The notes under the pieces were generated by a model, which saw nothing but the letters and a program-made list of their open reading frames with translations, had not been told where the DNA came from and did no database searches. Position numbers and translations under genes: made by a program. DNA of 60,642 bases, counting the filler. It is 4 parts of 4 records of this genome, joined end to end, with 100 filler letters (N's around TTAATTAATTAA, not from the genome) between each part and the next. Parts side by side here need not be neighbours in the genome. Positions count along the whole stretch, not along the records: positions 1 to 23,663 come from DRR723986_23743; 3 more parts are not named here. One strand, 5' to 3'. Shown one piece after another: positions 1-9,473 of this stretch (its first letter is position 1; each line of letters begins with the position of its first letter).

Positions 1-10
1 TCTCTGACAT
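1..10 (-). CDS. 5' end of a divergently transcribed gene running off the window (M-S-E...)
   Basis: CAT at 8-10 lies just downstream of a minus-strand TATCTTTG promoter element (32-39). Only 3 codons are visible, so the product cannot be identified. Confidence 0.4.
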
Positions 11-39
11 TGAACTTTTATAAAAGTTCAGCAAAGATA
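11..39 (-). promoter_or_regulatory. Bacteroidota -7 promoter element TAnnTTTG with adjacent perfect 20-bp palindrome
   Basis: CAAAGATA at 32-39 reads TATCTTTG on minus. TGAACTTTTATAAAAGTTCA at 11-30 is its own reverse complement. Confidence 0.6.
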
Positions 40-73
40 CGGTTTGTTTCTAAATTCGTTTTTAAATTAGAGC

Positions 74-952
74 GTGAAGAAAATTAGAATTGTATCTCCT
101 GCTAAATCTATTGAAAAAAGGCATGTTCTTTATGCACAAAGTTGGCTAGAACAGAAGGGCTTTGATGTTACAATCGGTGAAAACGCTCTCGGAGAGCACA
201 ACTATTTTTCTGGCACAGACGCCCAGCGGTTAAAGGATTTTCAAGATGCAATTGACAGTAATGTTGATGTTATTTTATGCGCTCGTGGTGGTTATGGGTC
301 GGTTAGAATTGTGGATCAAATTGACTGGACCAATTTTTATAAAAGACCTAAGTTGATCTGCGGTTATTCTGACGTAACCGTTTTTCACAACAGAATTAAC
401 AAGATGGGTTTTAGCTCTATCCATTCAACTGCTCCCTTAAATTTTGAAGAAAACAGTTTAGACAGTCTTGACTCATTGATCAATTTAATTTCAGGCAAGC
501 TCAATGAGTTTAAAATTGAACACCATGAACTTAATAGAATAGGTCAAGCAGAAGCAGAAGTAGTTGGAGGTAATTTGGCAATTTTATCCACACTTAGTGG
601 AACAGATGATGACCTGAACACAGAGAACAAAATATTATTTATTGAGGATATTGGCGAAGCAGTTTACTCGATTGACCGGATGATGTGGCAGTTGAAGAAA
701 TCAGGAAAGTTAGCTAAAATCAAAGGTTTGATTATTGGCGGCTTAACGGCAATGAAAGACTCCGCAGTGCCTTTTGGAAATACAGCCGAAGAGGTAATTG
801 CAGATGCCGTGAAATCTTATGACTACCCTGTATGTTTCAATTTTCCCGCTGGACACATCAATGACAATAGGGCAATACTATTTGGCAAATTAGCGCGTTT
901 AGATGTTCAAAATGAATTCAGCAATTTCACACAAACAGGTGAAGGCATTTAA
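74..952 (+). CDS. LD-carboxypeptidase, peptidase family S66
   Basis: Motifs CARGGYG, GYSD (catalytic Ser), GGNL, EDIGE (Glu) and PAGH (His). GTG start. Confidence 0.93.
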   Translation: MKKIRIVSPAKSIEKRHVLYAQSWLEQKGFDVTIGENALGEHNYFSGTDAQRLKDFQDAIDSNVDVILCARGGYGSVRIVDQIDWTNFYKRPKLICGYSDVTVFHNRINKMGFSSIHSTAPLNFEENSLDSLDSLINLISGKLNEFKIEHHELNRIGQAEAEVVGGNLAILSTLSGTDDDLNTENKILFIEDIGEAVYSIDRMMWQLKKSGKLAKIKGLIIGGLTAMKDSAVPFGNTAEEVIADAVKSYDYPVCFNFPAGHINDNRAILFGKLARLDVQNEFSNFTQTGEGI

Positions 953-957
953 ATGAC

Positions 958-965
958 TATTTTTG
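958..965 (+). promoter_or_regulatory. Bacteroidota -7 promoter element (TATTTTTG)
   Basis: Matches TAnnTTTG, 7 nt before the ATG at 973. Confidence 0.55.
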
Positions 966-972
966 CCAACTG

Positions 973-1689
973 ATGAGCGGCTTGCCCAATATGACCATAT
1001 TGCTTCCTTGTTATAATCCTCCAGCAGGATGGGAGAAACAGGTTGTCGAATCCATGGATATTATTTCAAAGGCGCTCAATCAAAAAGTTGGTGAACTGCA
1101 CTTGGTGATTGTTAATGATGGGTCAAAAACAAATTGCACGACCGAACAACAAAACTTTGTTTCTTCAAATGTTTTAAACGCGCAATTTGTCAATTACGAG
1201 CAGAATAGAGGGAAAGGCTACGCCTTGAGAGAAGGTGTGAAGAAAATCCAAACGAATTTCATTGTATACACGGACATAGACTTTCCGTATCAAGAAGATA
1301 GTGTCATTGCAATTGCAGACGCTCTATTAAAGGGGACTGCAGTTGCTCTAGGGCATAGAGGAAAAGAATACTACAGCAAAACGCCTTGGTTCAGAAAAGT
1401 GGTTTCAAAAACTTTGCGTTGGGTGCTCAAAACTTTTTTAAGACTTCCAACAGATGATTCGCAATGTGGACTTAAAGGGTATAATCAAGTTGGCGCGGCT
1501 GTTTTTCTAAGCACAAAAATTGACCGATTTTTATTTGATCTGGAGTTTATCAAACTCGCGGCTAGAAAAAAATTGAAAATAGAAAAAGTGAAAGTTGAGT
1601 TAAAACCTAATGTGGTTTTTTCAAAAGTGAACACAAAAATTCTATTACGAGAATTCGGAAATTTTCTAAGAGTCCTTTTCAGAAAATGA
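973..1689 (+). CDS. Glycosyltransferase family 2, polyprenol-phosphate glycosyltransferase-like (DPM/ALG5-like)
   Basis: Motifs LLPCYN, VNDGS, NRGKGYA, YTDID (DxD), DSQCGLK and FLFDLE. Confidence 0.88.
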   Translation: MSGLPNMTILLPCYNPPAGWEKQVVESMDIISKALNQKVGELHLVIVNDGSKTNCTTEQQNFVSSNVLNAQFVNYEQNRGKGYALREGVKKIQTNFIVYTDIDFPYQEDSVIAIADALLKGTAVALGHRGKEYYSKTPWFRKVVSKTLRWVLKTFLRLPTDDSQCGLKGYNQVGAAVFLSTKIDRFLFDLEFIKLAARKKLKIEKVKVELKPNVVFSKVNTKILLREFGNFLRVLFRK

Positions 1690-3957
1690 ATCTTTTCTGA
1701 TCCAATAATTGTTATAGATGATATATTCTTTTCCACCAAGCTGCCCCGTATTGAAAAGGTGATGGTCGGCTTTGCGAATTAAGAGTTCATCAACAATGTA
1801 CGGTTCCCCACTTCCGTTTCCTGTTAGATATACGTTTATCTTCTTAACGTCTGAAGTAACTTTTACATCCATGCTTATGAACATCCAATGACCAACAATA
1901 TGAGTACTTTCTTTAATCTCAAACTGTGATGCCCAAGCGCTAGAATCATCTTCAAATTCAAATTGAGTAATTGCTGAAATATCGGCTCTGTCTACATAAT
2001 AGTTAAACCAAAAACTTACATTGTAGTCTCCTGTTGGTATGCTGTCTGTGCTGATTTCAGCTAAATACGGATAATCTCCTTTAACTGAGGCGAATGCTCC
2101 TTTTCCTTTTAGACTTTCTCCCTTTAATTGATCCCAAGACTCATAATGGAACCAGTCGTTTCTGTTAGAAGTCCATCCCTGTTTTAATGAATCATAGGCA
2201 TTTTTGTTTCTTTCAACTATATCATCAAAATAGAATTGGGTGTTCCAAGCGTCTTTGTTAAAGGTACAAACCGAAAAACGTTCATTTTGATGGATATATT
2301 CATGGCTATAAACCATTCTCAGTTCATCTTTATGTAAATAATCATCATTTATAATGAGTGCTATTTTTGCTTTTTCTGGCAAGTCATAAACCAAATGTTT
2401 TTCACAAAATTCGGGTCCAAAAAAATTATTGAAAAGAACAGATTCATCTTGAGATAATCGTGATGAAACTGAGTTCATCATAGGAAGTCCCGTATGATAA
2501 GAAAGCATAAAGGCATCATAATTGGCTTGCTCTTCACCCAACAGCATCATGTTTTCACTTGACATGTGCGTAAATGGCAGTAGAATAAAGGCGTCATAAT
2601 CATTGTCTTTGAGGAACTGGGCAATTTCTTGCGTTTCTGCATCTAGATTTTCTTTTTTGAAAGGGTTTTTTGCTGTTGAAATCGATTGTGCTACACCAGA
2701 TACAGCCTCATGGGATTCCACCAAGTAGTAAGACAGTCCAACAAAAAACACGGCACCAATTACTAAGTTTTTACTTTGATGCTTGTAATATTGAAAGAAA
2801 GCGACAATAGTGCTGATAGTAATTACATAATAAAACACCCAAGCAAAACGACCTAAAATCCGGAACTGTTTTAACGGGCCAATTGAATCGGTTATCCATC
2901 TGAACCAAGAAAACTTAAAGGGAAAACAAAAAGAGAATATCAAAATGGACACCCCGGCCAAAAAGAATAAAAACAACTCGTGCTTGAATATCAGCTTAAA
3001 GGGGACATTTTTTCTTTGGATGATCATGTAAGATATCAATACTAAGAAAAAGATGATAGTAGGAAAACCAATATAGGCCCACGTTTCCCAATGATTCAAT
3101 CTAAACCCAATCATATTTCCAACAGCATTACTCGGTCCGTGATGAGGCAGCAGTACACTCCCCCAACCGGCGAAATAGTTATAGAATCCTGCTGGTATAT
3201 CCATTCTATTATAATGGTGATCTGTAGCGAAAATCAACAGACGAAAAAATGTGAAAGGAATGACTAATTGAACTGTTACAAACCCAATGGCGTTTTTCCA
3301 TAAGGCGCGATCTGTGATGTAAACGAAAAACCAGAACGCCAAGCAAAAGAAACTTAAAATGATTCCTAAATAAGGATGGGTAAAAAAGAAGGCAAACACA
3401 TATAAAAAGCTCAAAATTGCCCACAAGGTGGCAGAACTGGCGTTATTACATTTTATTAAAAGCCACCACATTCCAGGAATAGCGAAAACATAAGACAAAG
3501 AAAGATGGCCTGTAAATCGAAAAATTTGAGGAGTTAAATAGGTTAGGGCAATAGCCGCGAAAATTGCCCAGAAAACTTCTACTTCATAGTTTTTTAATAT
3601 CAAATAGATGAATACTGAACAGATCGGGAAAGACAAAAGCAACAGAATATTTAGAATTCCTATTCCGAAATCTTCAAGTCCTAATGATCCAATGAAATAA
3701 GATAGCAAAGGGTGGGCATCCGTATAGACGACATTTTCGTAGAATGGATAGTTCATACCATTAAACTCCCAAAAACTTGGGTCGTGTTTTGCATGAAACA
3801 TGTACGTGTAATAATTCTTAATACCATCTCCCCCAGACGCAAAGACGAAATCATTAGGCGCCAAAATAATGGCGTTAAAAAAATAAAATAGCACTACAAA
3901 CGACAGGACAAATGTCAACAAGGGGAATTTGAATCGTTCGAAATTAAGCCAGTTCAT
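1666..3957 (-). CDS. Polytopic membrane protein with C-terminal soluble domain, YfhO/GT-C-like (putative)
   Basis: Many hydrophobic helices, N-terminal loop GGDGIKNYY..YPF..YTD, and FR..GRF motif. ATG at 3957 preferred over the TTG at 3975 because a TACATTTG promoter element occupies 3963-3970. Confidence 0.7.
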   Translation of the reverse strand: MNWLNFERFKFPLLTFVLSFVVLFYFFNAIILAPNDFVFASGGDGIKNYYTYMFHAKHDPSFWEFNGMNYPFYENVVYTDAHPLLSYFIGSLGLEDFGIGILNILLLLSFPICSVFIYLILKNYEVEVFWAIFAAIALTYLTPQIFRFTGHLSLSYVFAIPGMWWLLIKCNNASSATLWAILSFLYVFAFFFTHPYLGIILSFFCLAFWFFVYITDRALWKNAIGFVTVQLVIPFTFFRLLIFATDHHYNRMDIPAGFYNYFAGWGSVLLPHHGPSNAVGNMIGFRLNHWETWAYIGFPTIIFFLVLISYMIIQRKNVPFKLIFKHELFLFFLAGVSILIFSFCFPFKFSWFRWITDSIGPLKQFRILGRFAWVFYYVITISTIVAFFQYYKHQSKNLVIGAVFFVGLSYYLVESHEAVSGVAQSISTAKNPFKKENLDAETQEIAQFLKDNDYDAFILLPFTHMSSENMMLLGEEQANYDAFMLSYHTGLPMMNSVSSRLSQDESVLFNNFFGPEFCEKHLVYDLPEKAKIALIINDDYLHKDELRMVYSHEYIHQNERFSVCTFNKDAWNTQFYFDDIVERNKNAYDSLKQGWTSNRNDWFHYESWDQLKGESLKGKGAFASVKGDYPYLAEISTDSIPTGDYNVSFWFNYYVDRADISAITQFEFEDDSSAWASQFEIKESTHIVGHWMFISMDVKVTSDVKKINVYLTGNGSGEPYIVDELLIRKADHHLFNTGQLGGKEYIIYNNYWIRKDSFSEKDS

Positions 3958-3962
3958 TGAAA

Positions 3963-3970
3963 CAAATGTA
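3963..3970 (-). promoter_or_regulatory. Bacteroidota -7 promoter element (TACATTTG)
   Basis: CAAATGTA on plus, ending 5 nt before the ATG at 3957. Confidence 0.55.
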
Positions 3971-3995
3971 CTCAATCAAAAGCAAATCAAAGAGA

Positions 3996-5012
3996 TTATA
4001 CAACGACTGATTTTTCTAATGTTTTGATTGTAAAATTGTCGGCATCCATCTCAGAAAATAACCCTACACCGAGTGTAAATTTTGGAGCAATATGGCCGAA
4101 GCTCGCCCCCTGATAAACCGGGAATTTGGCTTGGGCAAAATGCTGCTCGAAAATGGCTTCTAAACTGAAAGATTTTTCCGGTTCTTCGGGCTCGCACTTA
4201 CGAAATGATCCGATAATCAACCCGTTAATTTTATTGAATACCCCGCTCTGTTTCATTTGCCATAACATGCGATCAACTCGATAGGGCTCTTCTTTAATTT
4301 CTTCAAGAAAAAGAAGTTTGTTGTTCCAGTCTGGTTCATATGATGTGCCGACCATAGAAGTGATCACAGTTAAATTCCCACCGACTAATCGTCCTTGAGC
4401 TTTTCCTGATGACCAAGTTCTAAGATCTTCTAAATTGTTTTCTGGGTTTTTTAATGTTCTTGGAAGTCCAAGAGCCAGGGTTTTCATGACTTCATCTGTA
4501 GAAAAATCTCCCCAAGATGAATAACCACAAGGGCCGTGATAAGTCACTAATCCAGTTTTCGTGTAAATGGCATTTATGAGTGAAGTGATATCGCTAAAGC
4601 CCATAATTACTTTAGGGTTTGCTGCAATTGATTGATAATCTAACATGTCCAATATCCGTGCGCACCCCCAACCGCCGCGCATGGTTAAGATACCGCGTAT
4701 AGATTTGTTTTGAAACATGCCCATCAACTCCTCAGCACGCATTTTGTCTGATCCAGCCAAGAAACCATCTTGTTCATAACAGGTCTTACCAACCGTGGTT
4801 TTGAACCCTAAGTTTTCTAATATTCCTTGAATTTTAGTAATATGTGCTTTGTTCCAGATTGATCCTGCAGGAGCAGTAATTCCAATGAGATCTCCTTTAA
4901 TTAATCCTTTCGGTTTAATTATTTTCTCGTCATCTTGAAATTCAAAGGATGAAAGTGCGTAGGCTCCCACAGCGAGTGCAGTAGTATTTTGAATAAACTT
5001 TCGGCGTTTCAT
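3996..5012 (-). CDS. LD-carboxypeptidase, peptidase family S66, with Tat-like signal peptide
   Basis: N-terminal MKRRKFIQ twin-arginine-like motif. RGGWG, GFSD, GGNL, EEIKE and FGH motifs. Confidence 0.93.
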   Translation of the reverse strand: MKRRKFIQNTTALAVGAYALSSFEFQDDEKIIKPKGLIKGDLIGITAPAGSIWNKAHITKIQGILENLGFKTTVGKTCYEQDGFLAGSDKMRAEELMGMFQNKSIRGILTMRGGWGCARILDMLDYQSIAANPKVIMGFSDITSLINAIYTKTGLVTYHGPCGYSSWGDFSTDEVMKTLALGLPRTLKNPENNLEDLRTWSSGKAQGRLVGGNLTVITSMVGTSYEPDWNNKLLFLEEIKEEPYRVDRMLWQMKQSGVFNKINGLIIGSFRKCEPEEPEKSFSLEAIFEQHFAQAKFPVYQGASFGHIAPKFTLGVGLFSEMDADNFTIKTLEKSVVV

Positions 5013-5068
5013 AGCATTAAAATAACGAAATCTATTCCAGTATCTGTGTAACGGATAATAAATTGAGT

Positions 5069-5076
5069 TAATTTTG
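5069..5076 (+). promoter_or_regulatory. Bacteroidota -7 promoter element (TAATTTTG)
   Basis: Matches TAnnTTTG, followed by an A-rich leader and the ATG at 5090. Confidence 0.6.
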
Positions 5077-5089
5077 TAAAAAAATCAAG

Positions 5090-5695
5090 ATGGAAGAGAC
5101 AAGAGTACCGGTTACACTTTACGGAGAGATGACACCAAATCCTTTGACCATGAAATTTGTGGCCAATAAGTATTTGTTAATTGACAATGCAGCAGTTGAG
5201 TTTAACTCTATGGCAGAAGCTAAAGGGCATTCACCTCTTGCAGAAGCTCTGTTTCAGTTTCCTTTTGTTGATGGGGTTTTCATCACGGGTAATTTTGTGA
5301 CTGTGACAAAAACGGATAACGTTGATTGGGATTTCATCATGATGGAGTTAAGAGATTTTATTCGCGAATGGATTGCATCTGGCAAAGAAGTGTTGGTGAT
5401 GATGCCAACAATTGCGATTAAAAGTGAGGAGGAACAAGAGGTACGTAAATCTTTTGAACCTTCAGAATTTGACGATACCATTATGGAGCTGTTAGATCAG
5501 TACGTAAGACCTGCAGTAGAAAATGATGGTGGAGCAATTGATTATGTAGGTTACGACTCTGGAATTGTAACTGTTGAATTGAAAGGCTCTTGTTCAGGTT
5601 GCCCATCTTCAACTGCTACTTTAAAAGGCGGCATTGAACAATTGCTGAAAGCAAATATTGAAGAAGTTCAAGAAGTTGTCGCCTTGAGTGTTTAA
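5090..5695 (+). CDS. NifU/Nfu-family Fe-S cluster scaffold or carrier protein
   Basis: N-terminal TPNP..MKF and SPLA..LF Nfu domain. C-terminal VRPAVENDGG and GSCSGCPSS (CxxC). Confidence 0.93.
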   Translation: MEETRVPVTLYGEMTPNPLTMKFVANKYLLIDNAAVEFNSMAEAKGHSPLAEALFQFPFVDGVFITGNFVTVTKTDNVDWDFIMMELRDFIREWIASGKEVLVMMPTIAIKSEEEQEVRKSFEPSEFDDTIMELLDQYVRPAVENDGGAIDYVGYDSGIVTVELKGSCSGCPSSTATLKGGIEQLLKANIEEVQEVVALSV

Positions 5696-7062
5696 ACTCT
5701 TGAAGGTTCTATATACAATACTGGAGGGTCTACAACTGTGTCAGTGAACTTAATGTCAAAGCTTTCGAGCTCCTCTAAAATTGGTTTATAAATCTCTTTG
5801 TGGATAGGTAAATGAACTCCTTTTGTTTGAATCGTTCCATTCAAAATCAATTTCGCACAAATTGCACAAGGTAAGCCAACTGTATTACTCATAGCAGTGT
5901 ACGTTTGGTCTTCGCCTATTGACACCATGTGTGAATTTATTTCGTGATAGTCATTGTTTAATTTGTAAACAAATTTGTGCCACATTACTATCATGTCTTT
6001 GTCATCTTTACCTAAAGACCATTTTTCTTCTAGAATTTTTTGTAGGAAATAAGCTGGTGTAACGTCTTCTGTAAAGCCCATTTCGGTGCGATCAAAAATG
6101 CCTAGCCAAACGAGTTTATCCCAGATGATATCGTCCATATCTATTTTGAGATAATGCCTCAACTTTAGCTCAACTGAATCGTTCGGATTATATGGTAAAA
6201 AAGAATTAATAAACTCTCTTTTGGTCATATCCTTGCTTCCTTCTAAAATATAACTGTCATCAGTTGCTCCCAGCTGTACGAAAGAGTCCCAAGCTTTTGA
6301 GAAGCCTTTTCTTCTGAATGTCCCACGATAAATTGTTGGGATGTCATCCAAACCATATTTAGATCGGTATTTCAAAGAATCACGGTTGGCGTATCCTTCA
6401 AAATCACCATATCCATCAATATTGATAATTTCAGTCCTTCTAAAGAGTTTATTGTATGGGATGTATTTGTATTGCCCCTCTTGAATGAATTTTGCTGCAG
6501 ATCCTTGCCCCGCTAACACCACATTTCTTGGATTCCAAGTAAATTTATAATTCCAAGGGTTATCATCACTTTCTGGGGCAATTAATCCACCCGTAAAGGA
6601 TTCAAAAATGTGCATTTTGCCGCCCTTTTCTTCAATTTCATCTAATATTTTCTTAGCTGACATATGATCGATTCCTGGGTCAACTCCAATTTCGTTCATA
6701 ATTAAAATGCCAGCTTCTTCTGCCTCTTCATGCAACTCTTTCATTTCTTTTGAAATGTAAGATGGTGTGATCAAGTTAGTTTTGTGTTTTACACAGTCGA
6801 TTGCAACATCAATATGGAATCTAGCCGGCAACATAGAAATAACGATATCAGCCCACTCAATTAAGGGCCCCCTCTCTTCTGGGTCCAAGGCGTTGATTGA
6901 AAAACCTTCTGCTCTTGAACATCCAGCAACTTTTGATTGTGCTAAAGCTGCGTTTTGATCAACAACTTTGATGTACCAGTCTTCGCTTTCAGCGTGTTGT
7001 GTAAAATATCTTAACATGGATGAAGCCGACAATCCTGCCCCGATTACTAGAATGTTTTTCAT
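5692..7062 (-). CDS. Saccharopine dehydrogenase family protein
   Basis: Rossmann IGAG motif, EIGVDPGIDHM, NPWNYKFTWNP, EGYANRDS, RGTFR and TAMSNTVG. Confidence 0.92.
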   Translation of the reverse strand: MKNILVIGAGLSASSMLRYFTQHAESEDWYIKVVDQNAALAQSKVAGCSRAEGFSINALDPEERGPLIEWADIVISMLPARFHIDVAIDCVKHKTNLITPSYISKEMKELHEEAEEAGILIMNEIGVDPGIDHMSAKKILDEIEEKGGKMHIFESFTGGLIAPESDDNPWNYKFTWNPRNVVLAGQGSAAKFIQEGQYKYIPYNKLFRRTEIINIDGYGDFEGYANRDSLKYRSKYGLDDIPTIYRGTFRRKGFSKAWDSFVQLGATDDSYILEGSKDMTKREFINSFLPYNPNDSVELKLRHYLKIDMDDIIWDKLVWLGIFDRTEMGFTEDVTPAYFLQKILEEKWSLGKDDKDMIVMWHKFVYKLNNDYHEINSHMVSIGEDQTYTAMSNTVGLPCAICAKLILNGTIQTKGVHLPIHKEIYKPILEELESFDIKFTDTVVDPPVLYIEPSRV

Positions 7063-7195
7063 ACGCTTAATGTTGGGGTAAATTTAATAGAAATAAGCAT
7101 CCCCGTTAAAATTTTTTCAGCTTTTTATTCACCAAAAACTAGAACGTAAATTGATTACGTGCTACTTAAATACTATTGTATCAAACAATTTGATT

Positions 7196-7522
7196 ATGAA
7201 AACAGTTTTTTCGATTTACAAGCAGCTAAAAGTGAATGAAGTTTCTTATGAAACGGGTGATGATTTTGTAACCGCACACTGCGAAATCAAAATGGATGGA
7301 AAACTAATTCCAACTAAAATTCAAATGTCACATTCTGATTTAAACAGAATCATTTCTAAGATTATTGCCTTGGGACACGAATTTAAAATTGAGCATGTGA
7401 ATCATTTAGATTTTGGTAATGGGACTGAGATCATTGATTACAAGTTTGAAAATGTGTTTGGAGAGGATATCTGTCTAGATAATTTTCAGTTTACTCAAGC
7501 GATCCGTCAAATAAGAGCTTAA
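7196..7522 (+). CDS. Hypothetical protein, about 108 aa
   Basis: Open frame filling the intergenic space, 11 nt from the next gene. ATG at 7196 preferred over TTG at 7151. No motif recognised. Confidence 0.7.
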   Translation: MKTVFSIYKQLKVNEVSYETGDDFVTAHCEIKMDGKLIPTKIQMSHSDLNRIISKIIALGHEFKIEHVNHLDFGNGTEIIDYKFENVFGEDICLDNFQFTQAIRQIRA

Positions 7523-7533
7523 AAAACAGAACT

Positions 7534-7887
7534 ATGAAAAATTTAATTAATCAATTAGGATTTGGTGAGTCCTTTGCATTAAAAACAGTCACTGCAGTTA
7601 AAGGGCTAATGAATTACGACATGATTTATGTGTATCATCATCTTAAAAAAGGCAGCTTGGTAGAATTAAAACGAAAAAGTGAAAATATACATGGTGATCC
7701 GATTTATGATGTTTTCTATGAAAATTTTAAACTCGGCGAGTGTGTGATCTCTGGAATCATGAAGTCCTTCTATATGAACGAAAGCTCAGTTTTTGCCGAA
7801 ATTGTTGGTCTTTCGAAAGATAAATACATGCCCATTCGTGAGTTGGATATTCAACTCGGAGTTCAGACTTTGAAAAAAGTGAGTTAG
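7534..7887 (+). CDS. Stand-alone HIRAN-like domain protein (divergent)
   Basis: Pattern VKGL..Y..LKKGSLVELKR.SEN...VFYENFKLG resembles the HIRAN consensus G..L.L.REP.N.YD..AI.V..KLGY. Confidence 0.55.
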   Translation: MKNLINQLGFGESFALKTVTAVKGLMNYDMIYVYHHLKKGSLVELKRKSENIHGDPIYDVFYENFKLGECVISGIMKSFYMNESSVFAEIVGLSKDKYMPIRELDIQLGVQTLKKVS

Positions 7888-8061
7888 GATTTTGGAAAAA
7901 ATAAATCGAAAAAAGTCGCAAACCCACACAACCTCTAGGGCTTTACTTCCGTATGTTCTAAAAAAGTGCTATCTTTACCTGAATGGTTGCAAGTTTTTTT
8001 TGTTCAAGTGTAACAAAACCGACCTTGTAATTGTTTAACTAGCATACAGAAACTTAGAAAA

Positions 8062-8700
8062 ATGAAAAAGACGTTTATTTCTGGAGGAGTTGCAGCGATT
8101 TTTGTAATGTTCTCATGTACTGATCACGAAGTAATTCCACCACCGGTGCCATTGGTTGACCTTGGTTGTTTATGTGAAGGTTCAATTGAAACAGTAACAG
8201 GTGACTCATCTTTTACTTATGATGACACATGTACATTCTCATCTACAAAAACTATTAGTACAACAGTTCAATCTGACGCTGAATATCAAACTCAAATCCA
8301 AAATGGTGCTATGAACCAAGGATTTGAAATTGAAATGGGATCTTTGAGATGGACGGATGACGGCTCAAATAATCCGACATCTGCAGATTGGCAAGCATAT
8401 TTTGATGCCATGGTTGGTATTAACACTGAATTTGCTCCACATTCAAACGGAACAGGTGACGGTGCTGTAGTAAGATGGACTGACCCTAATGGAAAAATTT
8501 GGGTAAGTGATACAACAGTAGATTGTGCATTTTCTGACTTTAAATTTAACTTATTTACTTACGATAAAGATACGACAGGTGAGTACATGGAATTTGATGC
8601 TGTTTTCAACGTAAGAGTTATCAACTCTGACTATGGAACTCCAGATAGTGCAAGATGTATAACAAACGCACACGTCAAGTCAGCCTTTAGATTAGACTAA
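8062..8700 (+). CDS. Lipoprotein of unknown function
   Basis: MKK, hydrophobic stretch and lipobox-like MFSC. Followed by an intrinsic terminator. Confidence 0.8.
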   Translation: MKKTFISGGVAAIFVMFSCTDHEVIPPPVPLVDLGCLCEGSIETVTGDSSFTYDDTCTFSSTKTISTTVQSDAEYQTQIQNGAMNQGFEIEMGSLRWTDDGSNNPTSADWQAYFDAMVGINTEFAPHSNGTGDGAVVRWTDPNGKIWVSDTTVDCAFSDFKFNLFTYDKDTTGEYMEFDAVFNVRVINSDYGTPDSARCITNAHVKSAFRLD

Positions 8701-8720
8701 AACTTTAATAAATCATTAAC

Positions 8721-8754
8721 AAAAGGGAGGTTCTTTCGAATCTCCCTTTTTTTT
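8721..8754 (+). terminator. Intrinsic terminator
   Basis: AAAAGGGAGGTTC-TTTC-GAATCTCCC hairpin followed by a T8 tract, 20 nt after the stop at 8700. Confidence 0.85.
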
Positions 8755-8780
8755 ATTAATTTGGTGAAACAGCTGTAACA

Positions 8781-9473
8781 ATGGATGAGGTATTAAGAAT
8801 TGCCATTATAGGTGATTTTAACTTTGCATACAATTCGCATAACGCGACTAATCAAGCACTTCAACATGTTGAAAATGTGCTAGATCAGCCGTTGAATTTC
8901 TATTGGTTAAATGAAAAAGAATGTTGCGAACAAAACCTTGACTTTACAGAAAATTATGATGGGGTTATTATTGCCCCAGGACCATATCGTCAACCGTTTT
9001 ACTTTAATTCAATCATCTCACAACTATTAGAAAAAGACATTCCGGTCTTAGGAACAGGAGACTGTTTTAAATTATTAGTTGAATCTTATTTTGATCAAAA
9101 AGGATTTGATTTATCAAGAGAAAAAATCATCTCTGATAATTTGATAGATGGCAATCAGTTTACAGGAATTAATTTAGAAAAGTTGTCTGATGAATTCAGC
9201 AAGATTTATTTGAATAAAAGCAATGTTGAGTACAGTTCTTCTAGGTTTTCTATTCTACCTCAATATTCAGATGTGTTAACTGAAGATTTTGAGATTGGCG
9301 CTAGAAATCAATATTTTGATCCTGAGATTTTAAAGTCTAAAAAGCACTCTTTTTTCTTGTTCACCATGTTCTGCCCGCAGGTATTGTCAACATCAGATAT
9401 GCCTCATCCAATATTTACCTATTTCATTAAAACTACCCGAAGATTATTTGATATAAAGGCAAGTGAATCTTAG
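8781..9473 (+). CDS. Stand-alone CTP synthase C-terminal (glutamine amidotransferase-like) protein, degenerate active site
   Basis: RIAIIGDF..SH.A...AL.H, YDGVIIAPG.PY and PHPIF motifs. The nucleophile elbow reads LGTGDC instead of LGxC. Confidence 0.75.
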   Translation: MDEVLRIAIIGDFNFAYNSHNATNQALQHVENVLDQPLNFYWLNEKECCEQNLDFTENYDGVIIAPGPYRQPFYFNSIISQLLEKDIPVLGTGDCFKLLVESYFDQKGFDLSREKIISDNLIDGNQFTGINLEKLSDEFSKIYLNKSNVEYSSSRFSILPQYSDVLTEDFEIGARNQYFDPEILKSKKHSFFLFTMFCPQVLSTSDMPHPIFTYFIKTTRRLFDIKASES

